Assembly: GCA_051294905.1 (NCBI GenBank) | Contig: CM119372.1 | Span: forward strand, 16,680,001 to 16,740,000 | Direction: 5' to 3' | DNA length: 60,000 bases | From: Botryllus schlosseri | Lineage: Eukaryota | In this document: piece by piece, positions 1 through 12,568 of the stretch | Layout of the letters: the number at the start of each line of letters is the position of its first letter | Numbering within the stretch: the first letter of the stretch is position 1 | Notes under the pieces: generated by a model | What the model saw: only the letters and a program-made list of their open reading frames with translations | The model's database searches: none | Told to the model about the DNA's origin: nothing | Position numbers and translations under genes: made by a program

Positions 1-2162
1 CGGCTTTCGACGCAAACGGTCTACTCGAGATTGCATAATGTCACTACACGACGATATCTATAAATCATTATTCAATAAAAGATTCGTTTTAGCGGTGTTC
101 TTGGACTTTGAAAAGGCCTACGACATGGTTTGGCGAGACGGACTCGTACTTAAACTGCGGAAAATTGGCCTCACAGGAAACATAGTGCGGTGGGTGCATT
201 CATTCATTAATAACAGAACTTTTCAGGTTCGTCTCGGTAACACCTTATCAGACACGTTTGCGCTCGATAATGGTATTCCACAAGGAAGCGTGTTGTCTCC
301 GACTTTGTTTGCAATCATGATTAATGACCTCCCTCATGACCTAACGACTAACATCAATGTATTTGCAGATGACGTATGCATTTGGGATATTGGACTAAAC
401 GCTTGTGATATAGCCTCAAACGTGCAAGCCTCGCTCAACTCCATTCAGGAGTGGTGCCACCATTGGGGTTTCAAAATTAACGCTCAAAAGTCGGCCGGTG
501 TGTTGTTCACGAGAAAGCGCAAGTACCCTAACATCAATTTATTCATCGGACAGGTCCAATTGCGCTTAGAACGAGAGTTTAAATATTTAGGGATGACATT
601 TGATGCAAAACTCAACTACGGTCCGCATTCGCGTATGGTAGTCGCAAAGTGCTCAAGACGGCTCAATGTATTAAGGGCATTGGCTGGTACTACCTGGGGT
701 GCGTCTAAGTCTTGCCTTATGATCGTATACAAAACTTTGATAAGATCAGTGATGGAGTATGGTATTGAGGCGTATTTATTCTCACCAAAATACGTATTGA
801 AAGCGCTACAGTTGCTTCAGAACAAAGCACTGCGAATATGCAGTGGTGCAATGTCGAGTACGCCATCGTATGCATTACAGCACTCGTGTCATGAACTGCC
901 TATGCACTTCCGACATCTGCAAGCCTGCCTCGCCTATCGCTGCCACATTATGGCAATCGAAAACCACCCATGTACACCGCTAACAGAGCAGAGTTGGCAT
1001 GAAATCTTTCCAGATTCGTTTCGATTCGAAACTTTTAATATGCTCACAAGGTTGAATGAGGGCATAAAAGACTTGAAAATAGCAGAATATAACCGTTATC
1101 CCGACGCTCCACGGAATGAACAACCATGTTACACCGTCGATACGCACTTGCAATCGATCATATCCAACATACAGCACCCTGATATAATCGAGTTTGAATC
1201 CAACCACTATATTCTGTCTACATACGGTTCTTATATACAAATATTTACGGATGGATCGAAAACGAAATTTAGATGTGGGGCAGGTTTCCACGTAAAAGGA
1301 CTCGGAGTCGATTCCCGCATTGCCTTGGATGAAAATCTATCAGTTTTTTCAACAGAACTTATTGCGATCCTTAATAGCCTAAATTGGGCGCGTAGCGAGT
1401 GCCCAGAACGGTCAAACATAGCTATACTATCGGATAGTTTAAGTGCCATTATCGCTCTGCAATCTCGACAACGTGATAATCAGATCGTTTCCGATATAAT
1501 TATGCTTTGCAGGAGCCTTTCAGGCCGTTCAATACGGGTCACCTTTATCTGGATTCCAGGACACAGGGGCGTTGGTCGAAACGAAGAGGCAGATCGGCTA
1601 GCAAAATCCGCAGCATCAGACGAAAGTCCTGACATCGCTCAGACCCACAGTCTAACTCCAAAAGAATGCAAACCCATCGTTATTGACTATTGCTGGAATA
1701 AGTGGAAGTCTGAACTAGTCAACGAAGACTCGCAATACCAAGATCTGCTACGCAGTAATGCTGAATTTCGTGGAATTTCTTGTCTCTCACGTCGTGAGTC
1801 GTCGATCTTGATCCGACTCCAAACTGGTCATTGCGGGTTGAACGAACATCTGCATAGGATCGGATGCCATGAAAATGGATTATGTGAACTGTGCGCACAG
1901 CCTGAATCAGTGGAACATTTCCTGCTAAAATGTCCGAGATACTCAACTAATAGACAATATATCATCGAAGCTGCAAGGAACCATGGCGTTAACATCGTAT
2001 TATCAGAAATTCTTACCAGCCCTTTCACTGCAACGCCTATTATAGAATTTGCACTCCTTTCGAAACGAACAATTTAGAAGTCTTTTTTTAATCAAACTTT
2101 CGGCCTGGTGCACAAGGCCTCAGTAGCCGGGCACCAATAAAAACCCATACCAACCAACCAAC
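1..2162 (+). mobile_element. Non-LTR retrotransposon (I group LINE), 3' portion; runs off the left window edge
   Basis: Contains the RT-RNase H ORF, a short 3' UTR with a TGGTGC..GCACCA hairpin and AATAAA, and a (CCAA)n-like tail at ~2149-2162. Confidence 0.9.
38..2077 (+). CDS. LINE ORF2 C-terminal part: reverse transcriptase + RNase H + CCHC-type zinc knuckle
   Basis: Motifs FLDFEKAYD, GIPQGSVLSP, FADD, YLG; RNase H FTDGS...SDS...WIPGH.G..NE.AD..AK; C-terminal CELC...ESVEHFLLKC. The frame is open upstream of 38, so the listed start is not the true start. Confidence 0.95.
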   Translation: MSLHDDIYKSLFNKRFVLAVFLDFEKAYDMVWRDGLVLKLRKIGLTGNIVRWVHSFINNRTFQVRLGNTLSDTFALDNGIPQGSVLSPTLFAIMINDLPHDLTTNINVFADDVCIWDIGLNACDIASNVQASLNSIQEWCHHWGFKINAQKSAGVLFTRKRKYPNINLFIGQVQLRLEREFKYLGMTFDAKLNYGPHSRMVVAKCSRRLNVLRALAGTTWGASKSCLMIVYKTLIRSVMEYGIEAYLFSPKYVLKALQLLQNKALRICSGAMSSTPSYALQHSCHELPMHFRHLQACLAYRCHIMAIENHPCTPLTEQSWHEIFPDSFRFETFNMLTRLNEGIKDLKIAEYNRYPDAPRNEQPCYTVDTHLQSIISNIQHPDIIEFESNHYILSTYGSYIQIFTDGSKTKFRCGAGFHVKGLGVDSRIALDENLSVFSTELIAILNSLNWARSECPERSNIAILSDSLSAIIALQSRQRDNQIVSDIIMLCRSLSGRSIRVTFIWIPGHRGVGRNEEADRLAKSAASDESPDIAQTHSLTPKECKPIVIDYCWNKWKSELVNEDSQYQDLLRSNAEFRGISCLSRRESSILIRLQTGHCGLNEHLHRIGCHENGLCELCAQPESVEHFLLKCPRYSTNRQYIIEAARNHGVNIVLSEILTSPFTATPIIEFALLSKRTI

Positions 2163-3399
2163 ATTCAAATCTCGTATACTCAAATGTAATGTGTTAATCT
2201 CAAGTCACCTGCACCGAGTAGAAATTACTTTTGTCTTAGAAAATATATCGAGTAGTAATTACTTTGTCTTGCAAAATAGTAACGACTTTTACAGTTGAAA
2301 AAAAAAAGACGCGTCGTAGGGATATGAATACAGCCGAGCTTGTTACGGACTTTAGGTTTTAGTGATTGTATGGACTCGTGTATGCTTGGATGTTTTCATA
2401 CTGATACTGTTTGAGTTGATTGGGTGAGTTACAAACGGTTTTACTTGCCAAGGTTTTTCCTTGTTGACTCTTTGGAGTATGGTAAGATGGTAAGATGTCG
2501 ATGCGTAATACTATTTCCGTTAACTTAATTGCAACAAAAAATAATCAGACAGCTTGTTCATGGTTTCGACAAATAGATTGAAATATTCCGATTTAACTCA
2601 TCGCGTCGCAACTCGAACGTGGTATGCACAAGTGGTTGTCAAGTAAGAAATATTTACAACAGGTGCTATTTCATTGATTGACTTGATTGTGTGTAGTAAC
2701 ACATTAAAATAACGCGATAGCATAGTGAAATTATTTACTGAAACTCTATTTGACAAACGGAAAACTCAGTCGTGAATAGAGTTGTAAGGTTTCATTACTT
2801 GTTTCAAATCAATATGCGTATAATTTCTAAATATGACTGGGTTGAAAGTTGGTAGTCATGTTTGTCAATCTATTTCAATTCAGACTATGTCAAAGTCCAA
2901 ATATTTCATTTTGGATTATCTGGATTTACCTTTAGTACATCTGGCGAGTGGATTCCGACGCCGTACTATAACACTCTTAATAATACGGGTTCAAGGATTT
3001 TCATGATAGAGTTGACAAGTGATAAGATGCGTGTTTTTGTTAAGAGTTTGATTTCAAGTTGATAAAGACAATAACTGTATAATGCACATACTTGTGATTC
3101 TTGATTCTTGTAGAGTTATAATTGGTATTGATTCGAAAAGTGTGAAACAGCGGCGCGGAATGTGCGAATAATTCGATGTGGCTGAAAGTCGGCGTCAGTA
3201 ATATTCAGGTTACGTTCGATTCAACAGATCGCGTTATTAGGATTTCTTAAAAGAATTAGAGTTGTACCGAATTAACACATTCAGATAAGAATCAACTTGA
3301 GTTGTGTAGTAAGTTTCATTTCAAGTTGACAAATTGACACATTGCTTGAATATTTTCATGATTCTTATCATACAACTAAAGTCAGCCACTATTCCGGAG

Positions 3400-4305
3400 G
3401 CGTGAAACATATAGCGATCGCGGGCAATTGACAAATTGTTGGTTTACGAATCACCGTCTGCGACGGCTCTGTGACAAACTTATTGCGGAAATATTACCTT
3501 GTGAGCGATCGGTATGTCTGGAGCATTACCCTGTGAGCAGTCGTAGGATTTTAAAATTATTTCACACCTTTTGAATAAGCGTTCACTTCACAAAGGATTA
3601 GGGTTAGAGCAAAAATAAGTGACAATTTGTCGCTATTCAAGTTACCGACACTGACGGTCTGTTATTCGTTACTTATTAAATCTTACGAGCAGTATCAAGT
3701 TCTGTGCCAAACTGCTTACGAATATTTCACCACGTGAGCGATCGATATGCCTGTAACACCAAGTCGCGAAAGATGGTTATGTCCGAGACATTATCTTGTC
3801 AGCGATCGCGGGGTTTTGCAAACTATTTCACACCTATTTGAAGTGTTAGTTTGTGAACGCGGCTATTGTCGATATTCGAATCGTCGTCTACGCCGGCTCT
3901 GTGGTAAACTAATTACCAAGCGACTGATTCCTAGATTTAGCAAACTATTTCACACCCTTTTTGGTGAAAGTACGACATGCCGCTCGCATTCTATCAACGA
4001 AAGTACGAATCATCGCCGCGCCCATAAGAATAACGATATGTCGAAGTCGCATTCACCGTAAACGTTAGGATTACCTCGAATACCAGACGGCAGGTCATCA
4101 CCGCAGCCTATACCGAAAGAGTGGGGTCACCAACACGAGTTTTCAAGGTATATCATCACCGCAGCCTATACCTGAAAGGGTGGTATCATCACCGCGCCCA
4201 TAAGAAACAATGGCAGGTCACCACCACAAGGGGGGTCTAAAAGGGTGGGGTCATCACCCCGGGTTTTCAGGCAGGTCACCACCCCGCCCATAAGAACCCC
4301 TGCCA
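3400..4305. repeat. Degenerate tandem/subterminal repeat array, probably the end of a DNA transposon
   Basis: Recurring motifs (T)GTGAGCGATCG, ACTATTTCACACC, CGCGCCCATAAGAA (x3) and GGCAGGTCA(T/C)CACC (x3). Confidence 0.45.
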
Positions 4306-4384
4306 CCGGTTGTGCGATCTACTACACTACTAACATAGCACAAATGCGCGTCATATGTGACCATGACTCATGTAGACAATATAT

Positions 4385-5196
4385 TAGGGATGGTATGAAC
4401 CTCTGAAAGGTTCAGGTTCGTGTGAACGCGAACCTTTTTGAAAGTTTCTGTGTGAACGCGAACGTGAACCTCATGACGTCACGTGACGTCATATTGTCAA
4501 TTCCGACCCTAGATTTCAGTGCAGTCATAGCCTATACTAATGTAGAATTGTACACGATACCAAGCCACGACTCTGGCCACATAATTCCACAATGCTGAAA
4601 TACATATTGACGTGTTGAACGTTGCCGAATGTATCAACTAAAGAAATCAAATGATATAACAATCACATTAAATCAGTATCTTCGTCGCTTTGCCAACAAT
4701 TTCGACGAGGACTTGCAAGGGAATATAAGCTTACTCCTTAACGGTCTAGGCCAAACTGGACAATGAATTCGGCGTCGGAGAATTGCTACATGATATTGAG
4801 CAGAATGTAAAACGGGTTTGTATTCTTGCAACCGGTATTGGTCTCGTACGCCTGCTAGATTTTTTACATCGCAGCAGAGTCACTGAATATTCACAAACGG
4901 AAAGCTGGATATTTCGAGCAAACTTTTGTAACAAAACAAGTAAAAGTTTTGAGATTGTCAAGGTGCATGCTCGTTTAGTGTTGATTTTTTTTACTCTCAG
5001 CGCCATGCATAGAGTGGTCCGCAGCTGAAATGCAATAAATTTCAACCAAAGATGTTAAAATTAAGAGAAAATTGTAATGTATGAAAAAGGTTCACAGTGC
5101 AGAACCTACCAAGGTTCGTTTGTGAACGTAAACCTCTAAAATTATGAGGTTCACACACAGAACTCGAACGTGAACCCCACGTTCGCACCATCCCTG
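4385..5196 (+). mobile_element. hAT-type MITE, family A (TAGGGATGGT TIR, GTGAAC subterminal repeats)
   Basis: TIRs tagggatggt...accatccctg; perfect 8-bp TSD CAATATAT (4377-4384, 5197-5204). Confidence 0.9.
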
Positions 5197-5208
5197 CAAT
5201 ATATAGAC

Positions 5209-6025
5209 TAGGGATGGTGTGAACGTGAGGTTCACGTTCACGTTCTGTGTGTGAACCTCAGGAATTTAGAGGTTCACGTTCACAAACGAACCTTGGTAGG
5301 TTCTGCACTGTGAACCTTTTTCAGATATTACGATTTTTGACGTTATTATATAATATCTATGGTTGAAGTGTATTGCATTTCAACTCTATGCATGACCCTG
5401 ACAGCATAAAAAAAATTAACACTAAACGAACATGCACCTTGACAATCGCAAAAATTTACTTGCTCTGTTACAAAATGTGGCTCGAAATATCCAGCTTTCC
5501 GTTTGTGAATATTTAGTGAATCTCTGCTGTGAGCTTGACCCGCAGTCACACAACATCAAGAGCGAAATACGCTACATGTATAGGTAGTCAGAGAATGATG
5601 CTATCGCAGGGTTTTGATGTATAACTTGTGAATGGGGTAATGTCGGTAGCAAGTATAGAAACCCGTTTAAACTCTGCTCAATATCAACGTAGCAATACTC
5701 GGACGCCGAATATATTGCCCGGTCTGGCCTAGACCGTCGAAATTGTTGACAAAGCGACGGAAGACATTGGTTTTATGGGATTCTTATGTAATTTGATTGC
5801 ACCATGCAGTTGATACGTTTGCCGTCGTTTAAAAAGTCAGTATGTACTTCAGCATTGTGACATAATCCTGTACATTAATATTTCACTTCACTGAAATGTA
5901 GGGTTGGAATTAGCAATATGACGTCACGTGACGTCACGAGGTTCACGTTCACGTTCACACAGAACCTTTCAAAGAGGTTCGCGTTCACACGAACCTGAAC
6001 CTTTCAGAGGTCCACATCATCCCTA
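5209..6025 (-). mobile_element. hAT-type MITE, family A, inverted relative to the adjacent copy
   Basis: TIRs tagggatggtgtgaac...catcatcccta; the interior is the reverse complement of 4385-5196; the right TSD is degraded. Confidence 0.88.
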
Positions 6026-6989
6026 AAGACATTCGAACCCAGGTGATGTCCGAGTCCGAGGATTATCGGTGACCGCAGCGGCATTTCAGAGAGACTAATA
6101 TTTTCCTACGATGAACTGACGGCATTGGAAACTTACGAAATAAACGAATATGACAACAGCATCTCTCAAAGTAAAAATATGTGGGGGCGAGAGCGCCTTT
6201 AACCCGATTATGGATACGCCGCGGCTTATACTACCTAATGCCTAAATAGTGCCATTTGACTAGGGCCTGGATGACAAGCACGCAAGCCAATGATGTGTAA
6301 CTGACAATACATTCTCATTATGACACCCACTAAGAGCTTGTTCACTGTTTAGTTTTATGGTATAGTTTGTATCTAATTAAGTTACACTCAAATCGCCTAA
6401 ACACAATAATGAAATTCTTGTAAGGCATGGAATGTTGCGCACGGTCACACAATTAAACCGTGCAATTGATGACGTACATTTGATAATCCTTTACAACCGG
6501 AAACGAAATATCTCTTTTCTTTTCAACTTATAACATGTACACCAAATAATCTGTGACATTCCGAACAATTCTGAACTCACGAAATTCACCTTTATAAAGG
6601 AATTCCTTTCCGGTTGGAGATCACTGCAAGGCAACAAAAATCAGATTATATCTAAAAATAATCCACACATACACACTAACACAGCCCGTGATGACCTTCT
6701 GGCCGAAGACGAACGCCGACCCGGAATTGGATATGGCGGATTTCGTAATTCAGCAGTGTCACAATATCTACACAAGCAATAAGCATGCACCGATTTATCT
6801 ACAGAAATAGCAGCCATAGATCCAAAATTCACGATGAGTTTTCGACGTATGGTGGCGCTGTCGTAATCTCGATGGCATCTGTAACGTAGAGCACGTTTAT
6901 TTCAGTCCATTTGGGCTGAAACGGGCTCTTTCTAAATTGTGCATATGAAGTCAAAGTTTTCGGTAGTTGGTTACTTACTTTCGTTGCCC

Positions 6990-7290
6990 CGCCATCGTAG
7001 CAACAGACCTCGGTTCGAGTCACCGCAGTAGCACGTTTCAAAGTGCCGGAGGTTTATTCGGGACTGTGGAAAGATGAATGAAAAGGGCAAGGAAAAACGT
7101 CTAAAGATTAACAGCTGAAAAAATCAAGATCTAACACTGTTACATGTTACATCGTCCAATAGAACGAGGTGGATGTTAGATTGAGACCGTATTTGGTCAA
7201 TTCAACGCCCCTTATCTGTTCGTTACATCGTGTCTTGTGTATTGCGTTGTATATTGCGCGTCTTGTGCGGAAGAAGATATTGGAAGCCCC
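6990..7290 (+). mobile_element. Degenerate tRNA-derived SINE copy
   Basis: B-box-like GGTTCGAGTC and GGAGGTTTAT; CGAGGTGGATG and ATCTGTTC.TTACATCG blocks match the SINE at 10891-11270. Confidence 0.5.
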
Positions 7291-8790
7291 GATTATTGCA
7301 CAACGAAATATGTTCGAAATGTCTTTGTAAATTGGGTTCTGTGTCATATATGGCCTCGAGTGGGGCGGGGTCCTTAGGCATCAAGGGACAATTCGATACT
7401 GCTAACCGGCTACATTCAACCGGTTACATCTGAAAGTCAGAGCCATACTATTCACCAGTTCTTTAATTGCTCTTTATCATCATCTGCCGATGAACTTTCG
7501 TTCTTTCCCATTCCTGTTTTCGAACAATACGGAAATATGGACCAATATAGTCATAGGCGTAGGTCTTTACAGTACATTTACAGCTGTGATGTGCATTCTT
7601 ACAAATCAACAATTCTGACACCAGAAAATGGTGGGTTGCGATACAGAAACATTTTAGAGCGCTTGCCTACGCTAAAGTGTACCACAGGCTGATGACTCCC
7701 TAAAAGGAAATACAGAAATAAGCGTATCGATTGTTTGTCGAACCCGTGCGACGGTGATGATGTGAGGATTTCGCATTAACAGTTCAGGCCCGTGGGCGTA
7801 TTATCAGTAGTGTCTTCCCTAAAAAGGCACATTGGTGATAGGGTTAGCTACAACTCATCACGAATTCGTAGGAAATGTTCTTGCGCGCTGCGTACTATTT
7901 ACTGTCGCAATATCGTGTCTCGGGCAGCAATAACTCGCCCGCCGTGTAATAATCCGGTTTCCTTATATGGAAGAATAAATATGATTAATCGACGTGTCGG
8001 TATCTGCTTGCCATTATGTTTGGCGCGTTGCGCTCGAATCGATTGTTTCAAGAGCGAGACCAAACATGGGCTGCGTTATCAAGCTACAACGACATGTTAC
8101 ATGTCGATTGTGCAATTCCGTGTGTCGGGATTTTTCATCTCTTCATCAACAGAACAGGGCGAACACTGAATGTTGATTTGGATACAACATTGAAAACAAC
8201 ATTAAAAATGTGTCGGGGCGAAGAGCATTCAAAACTTACAGAGAGATGAATTGTTTGCATAAATCCCGCATTAGAATCATCGTTCGTTAATTAATTATCT
8301 CTTCTTCGGCGTTAATGGCCCTCGTACTTATTTGATGAAGTGGTATTTCGGATGCATCCACTTAACATTCCTTTTTCGCTCGAATTTTGATGATTTGATG
8401 AGCCGGACGTGAAATCACGGCATTGGATTACGTTCGTCTTCGAGAAAAATCCATACAGGACTGTAATGTCATTCCGATTAACGAGTCTTTGCCGCCACCC
8501 AACGATAGAAATACCACAAATATCATTCACCAGGCATCACAAACTCGTAAGGTCAACGTTGGCAGTTGTACGTCATGATACGGTTCAATGGTCAAGATTG
8601 GAGTGTCTTTGGAATTCATTTCTTCCCTGAATGCTGGATACGGATTTCGTTTCTGTCTCATTAGTCGATATTCTTATCGTAGAAAATATTTTCTGTGATG
8701 CATGCGATGTTTAGTAATAGTAATGTTACCAATAACTCCCTACATTCTGTTACAATTTCTACCATCTCGCGAGACTGCACTGGCGTTAGG

Positions 8791-9176
8791 TAGGGTTATC
8801 ATATTTTGGAATCGGAAAAGGAGGACACTTTTTCAAAATTTTCTGACTTACAATACTGGAGTAAAATCCGGAAAAAATGGTAAATACCCCACGACATTGT
8901 GGTCGGTTGACTAAAAAAAAATCAATTTTCCGGCTCAATTCCCGAAATACAGTCTTTCTTTCAGATTTTCCGTAGGTTGACTAAAAAAAGGTCGTTATTT
9001 ACGTTCGAACCACGAATTTCCTGTTAAGCGTCATTTATGGCCATTTTCACTCGAATCTATCCATCATCTTAACTCTAAAAGCCGTAAAAACGGACGAATT
9101 GCCGAAAAGCAAGACATTTAGGCGTCATCGGAGGACACTTTCAAAAACCCGAAAAAGAGGGCGTACGGTAACCCTA
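8791..9176. mobile_element. MITE family B (TAGGGTTACCATA TIR)
   Basis: tagggttatcata...tacggtaacccta; shares GAGGAC(A) motifs and interior with 16048-16464 and 38609-38857. Confidence 0.75.
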
Positions 9177-9252
9177 CTTTAGATCATAAGTATCGTAGGA
9201 TTCGCAGCACTAAGCGTCGCAATTTGGAATGTTCAGAGAGTCGGGAGCAAAG

Positions 9253-9723
9253 TAGTGCTGGGCGGATCGACAAATTCTCTCGTCCTGCTACGATCTTGTC
9301 TTTTTAAAGCTCTGGTCCGACTCTCGTCCGACTGCTGGTCCAGATTTTAGAAATAACCATGATCCGGTCCGAAAAAACTACGATATTAATTATCTAGTCA
9401 CAGGATGGTATTAAATCTTGATTGAAACAATGCTAACAGGAAATGAAAAAATTCAAAGATCAAGCCGAACCCTTCTGAAGTAAATATGCCATCTTGGACT
9501 TTACCATGTGGTTTATTTCCATGCACGTTTAACCTTACCTATTGATTCGAGGGTAGAAGAAGGTAAGGCTGTCCTCATCTTAGTGAAAAGTACCGATCCG
9601 GCTCCGATACGACTCCGGCCACACCAGAAATAGTACTGATCCGGCTCCGAACCGGCGGCTCCGGCCAAAAATGAGAAAAACCGGCCGGATATCCAATCCC
9701 GTTCCGGTATATGCCCAGCTTTA
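9253..9723. mobile_element. hAT-type MITE with GATCCG/GCTCCG subterminal repeats
   Basis: Imperfect TIR tagtgctgggc/gcccagcttta; 8-bp TSD GAGCAAAG/GAGCGAAG (7/8). Confidence 0.65.
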
Positions 9724-9754
9724 GAGCGAAGACGCATGACAATGTGTAGGACGT

Positions 9755-10070
9755 TATTCTGGGCTCCTCGTCCCCCGCGTCGCTGTTCTTACGGCGAAAA
9801 AAAGCCCAGAAAGAAGACACGATAAAGAAAGAAAAAGAGCAAGAAATAGCTTCTAAAAGGACCGACGAAGAAAGAATAATATCGAAGAAGACTGTGACAT
9901 CGGGTACTAGGACAAGATGAATGCCAGTTTAAGAGGTCTCTTAAAGAGACCCCAACTGATTGGTCGTTCGGCATCACCATATCTGTTCATTACATCGCAT
10001 TGTGCGTCTTGTATGTCGCATTGTACATTGTGTGTGTGTCATGGGCAGAGGAAAATATATAATCTTTCGA
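9755..10070 (+). mobile_element. 5'-truncated SINE, same family as 10891-11270
   Basis: Shares TCTGGGCTCCTC, GTTCTTACGGCG.AAAAAAGCCCAG, TGACATCGGG and ATCTGTTCAT.ACATCGCAT blocks. Confidence 0.75.
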
Positions 10071-10140
10071 TTATTATTGATTATTATGGACTCTCCATGC
10101 CAGGCTCGCACTGTGGCCTACGTTCCTACAAGGACTAGAC

Positions 10141-10657
10141 CAGTGGTTCCCAAACGGTGGGGAATTCCCCATTGGTGGGGAATTCAATGGTTTCTGGTGG
10201 GGAATAGACGCGTTTGTTTAAAATTATCTACAGGACAGTCTTCATATTCATGGAGACACATGCGTAATTACCGCCACCATTTAACTGCTCTGGAATGTGT
10301 GTATCGACAATTCCATTGCGCGGTGTTCACAAAACCTCATTTTTAACTTTGGATGGCCAATCATGGCATCACAAACGCGTCCAGCTCGACTAGTTTGACG
10401 TGAAAGAACGGTTTCGCGAAATTTACCTTACCTTTTCCAACACACCTCACTCAGCTCGACCAGTAAATCTGATTACGTGAGAAGAGAGGGGATGAAAAAT
10501 TGGTAGCAAAATATATGCAATTCCCGATCATATTGACCGATTCAAACATGAATAATATAAATTTTTAGCGCTTTGCGCGTTCACGGTCCTGGTGGGGAAT
10601 GATGGCTCGAAATAAATCTGAAGTGGGAAATGAAGACAAAAGGGTTGGAAACCACTG
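10141..10657. mobile_element. hAT (Charlie/Buster-like) MITE
   Basis: TIR cagtggttcccaa/ttggaaaccactg; perfect 8-bp TSD GACTAGAC with central TA. Confidence 0.88.
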
Positions 10658-10890
10658 GACTAGACATAGTGTGTCTTTATAATCCGAACAGCACGAACTG
10701 TGATTTGCAGTGTGCGTGGACTCATGAGCAATAAGCATGCTATACCATGGCACATGGCTCTTGGGCACGTGAGTTAAAGTTAGCATTAGGTTTTTGGGTT
10801 GTAAAGTCAAGTGATTAAGTATCGAATGTGCAGCTGTCGTTATTCATTGTGTCGAATGCTCAAATGTCGGACAATCGATTTGGTCCTTTG

Positions 10891-11270
10891 CGGGGGAGAT
10901 AGTGTAGTGGTTACGAAAAGCGCCCACCAATCAGACGGACGGTTCGATTCCCGTCGGAGGTTCATCTGGGCTCCTCTTCGCCTGCCGTTGCCGTTCTTAC
11001 GGCGACAAAAAAGCCCAGTAAAAGACCCGACGAAAGAAAGCACTCGCAAGGAATGGAAAGAACTAGTACAAAGGGCCGAGGCTTCAAAAAAGATCACCAT
11101 CGAAAAGAACTGACATCGGGCACTCTAGGCCGAGGTGGATGCTAGAGTAAAAAGGATTGCTACTGATGCGTGTCGTTCGACATCCTCCTATCTGTTCATG
11201 ACATCGCATCGTGTCTTATCTCGTTGTACGTTGTGTGTGACTTGTTCAGATGAAAAAATATAACCCAACG
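10891..11270 (+). mobile_element. tRNA-derived SINE
   Basis: A box TAGTGTAGTGG and B box GGTTCGATTCC, followed by a non-tRNA body that recurs at 9755 and ~7000. Confidence 0.8.
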
Positions 11271-12568
11271 ATGTTATGATGCTAAGTTATGTATTTCCAG
11301 CATGTTGTTGGATGACCGCATTGAAACTACTCAAGGAACCAGAAAGTACTGAACGGGGAAAGTATTTTACAGTAATGTTTTAATCGGCTCGAGCATCGGT
11401 TGGATGACTTCGTTTGCAATGCCTTTATATCTTGCCGCTTGTTTCATTTTCAGGCAACCTGAATAGCGAATAAACATTTCCTTTCATGTGATCATACTAT
11501 CAATGCAATGGCAGTTTCCACCTGATATCAGGGCTATCGAATCTTAGCAATGAAACACACGCAATTACCTGAGAGACCTTCCTAGTAGGCTGCACGGATT
11601 CTGATTCTGACGACATATGTTGGCGTATGCTCCTTTTATTTTAGTCGTGATGTGGCGTTGGGTACGAATCTGGTTCATTATTATTAAATCACCAATCGTG
11701 TTTCCACGAATACCATGAAAGCTCATGGCGTAACAAAAGTCTATTGAACCGCCGCTCTGGACCAAGTCGCCGTTCTACATAGTAGGAGAATCAAGAATTT
11801 ATTTACCGCAACTATAGCGTATAAAGTGCACATTTGATCGAATCGAAATCGAACCGACCAAATGACTCTGTGAGGCCGGGAACCTTTTGAGTCAGATGTT
11901 TTGTAGCAGTGCCACCACATATATTTACGTTATATTATTTGAGCACGATATAACGTGGATACAGCGGTTTAGCATTGACATTTTCGGATTTTAGTATATT
12001 TTACCTGAAAACTCGGATTTTAGTGCGAACTCGTAATTTGTTGTCGATGTAACAGACTGGTTAATAATGGTGACTATATACGTAAAACGCAACATTGCCG
12101 TCGGACTGTTATAATGTATAATAATAACTGTCATATGAATAAGGAATATTTACGACATTTGTCGACTCTACTTTTGACGCTGGTAATACAAGCATTTTTT
12201 ATTTATTTATTTACACCGCATTGCTTCATGCGTGTGTATGTGAGTGGTTGGAGGAAATCGCCAGGCGATCCGGATGTGGCCCGCGGGCCGTATATTGCAA
12301 CCCATACATCGTAGCCTACATGCTTCCAACGTGGAGCGTCACCAAAAGAGATTCAGAACTCAATAGTCGAAGATATAAAAAAATGTGCTATATGGGATAT
12401 CGGAATTCTTTACTCTGTACTGGTAGTTCAGGATGATAAATAACCACCACCTTGCATAATTTACTAAGGATCTTGAATGCGTTTTCTCGTATGTAGACCG
12501 TATATATTATCGTTTTTTTTTCTACTCCGAACATCGCGTTTTTAAATTGGGACCATCACAGTCAACAT

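Noticed and set aside
7686..7720. Hammerhead ribozyme core (CTGATGA…GAAA)
   Set aside because: No consistent stems I-III or cleavage triplet could be formed.
6641..8249. Cys-rich small ORFs suggestive of a Ly6/GPI-type gene
   Set aside because: I could not build a phase-consistent exon chain, and part of the region is a decayed SINE.
10891..10960. tRNA gene (likewise at 13400-13473 and 13540-13610)
   Set aside because: A/B boxes are present but there is no convincing cloverleaf, and each runs into a non-tRNA body, so these are SINE heads.
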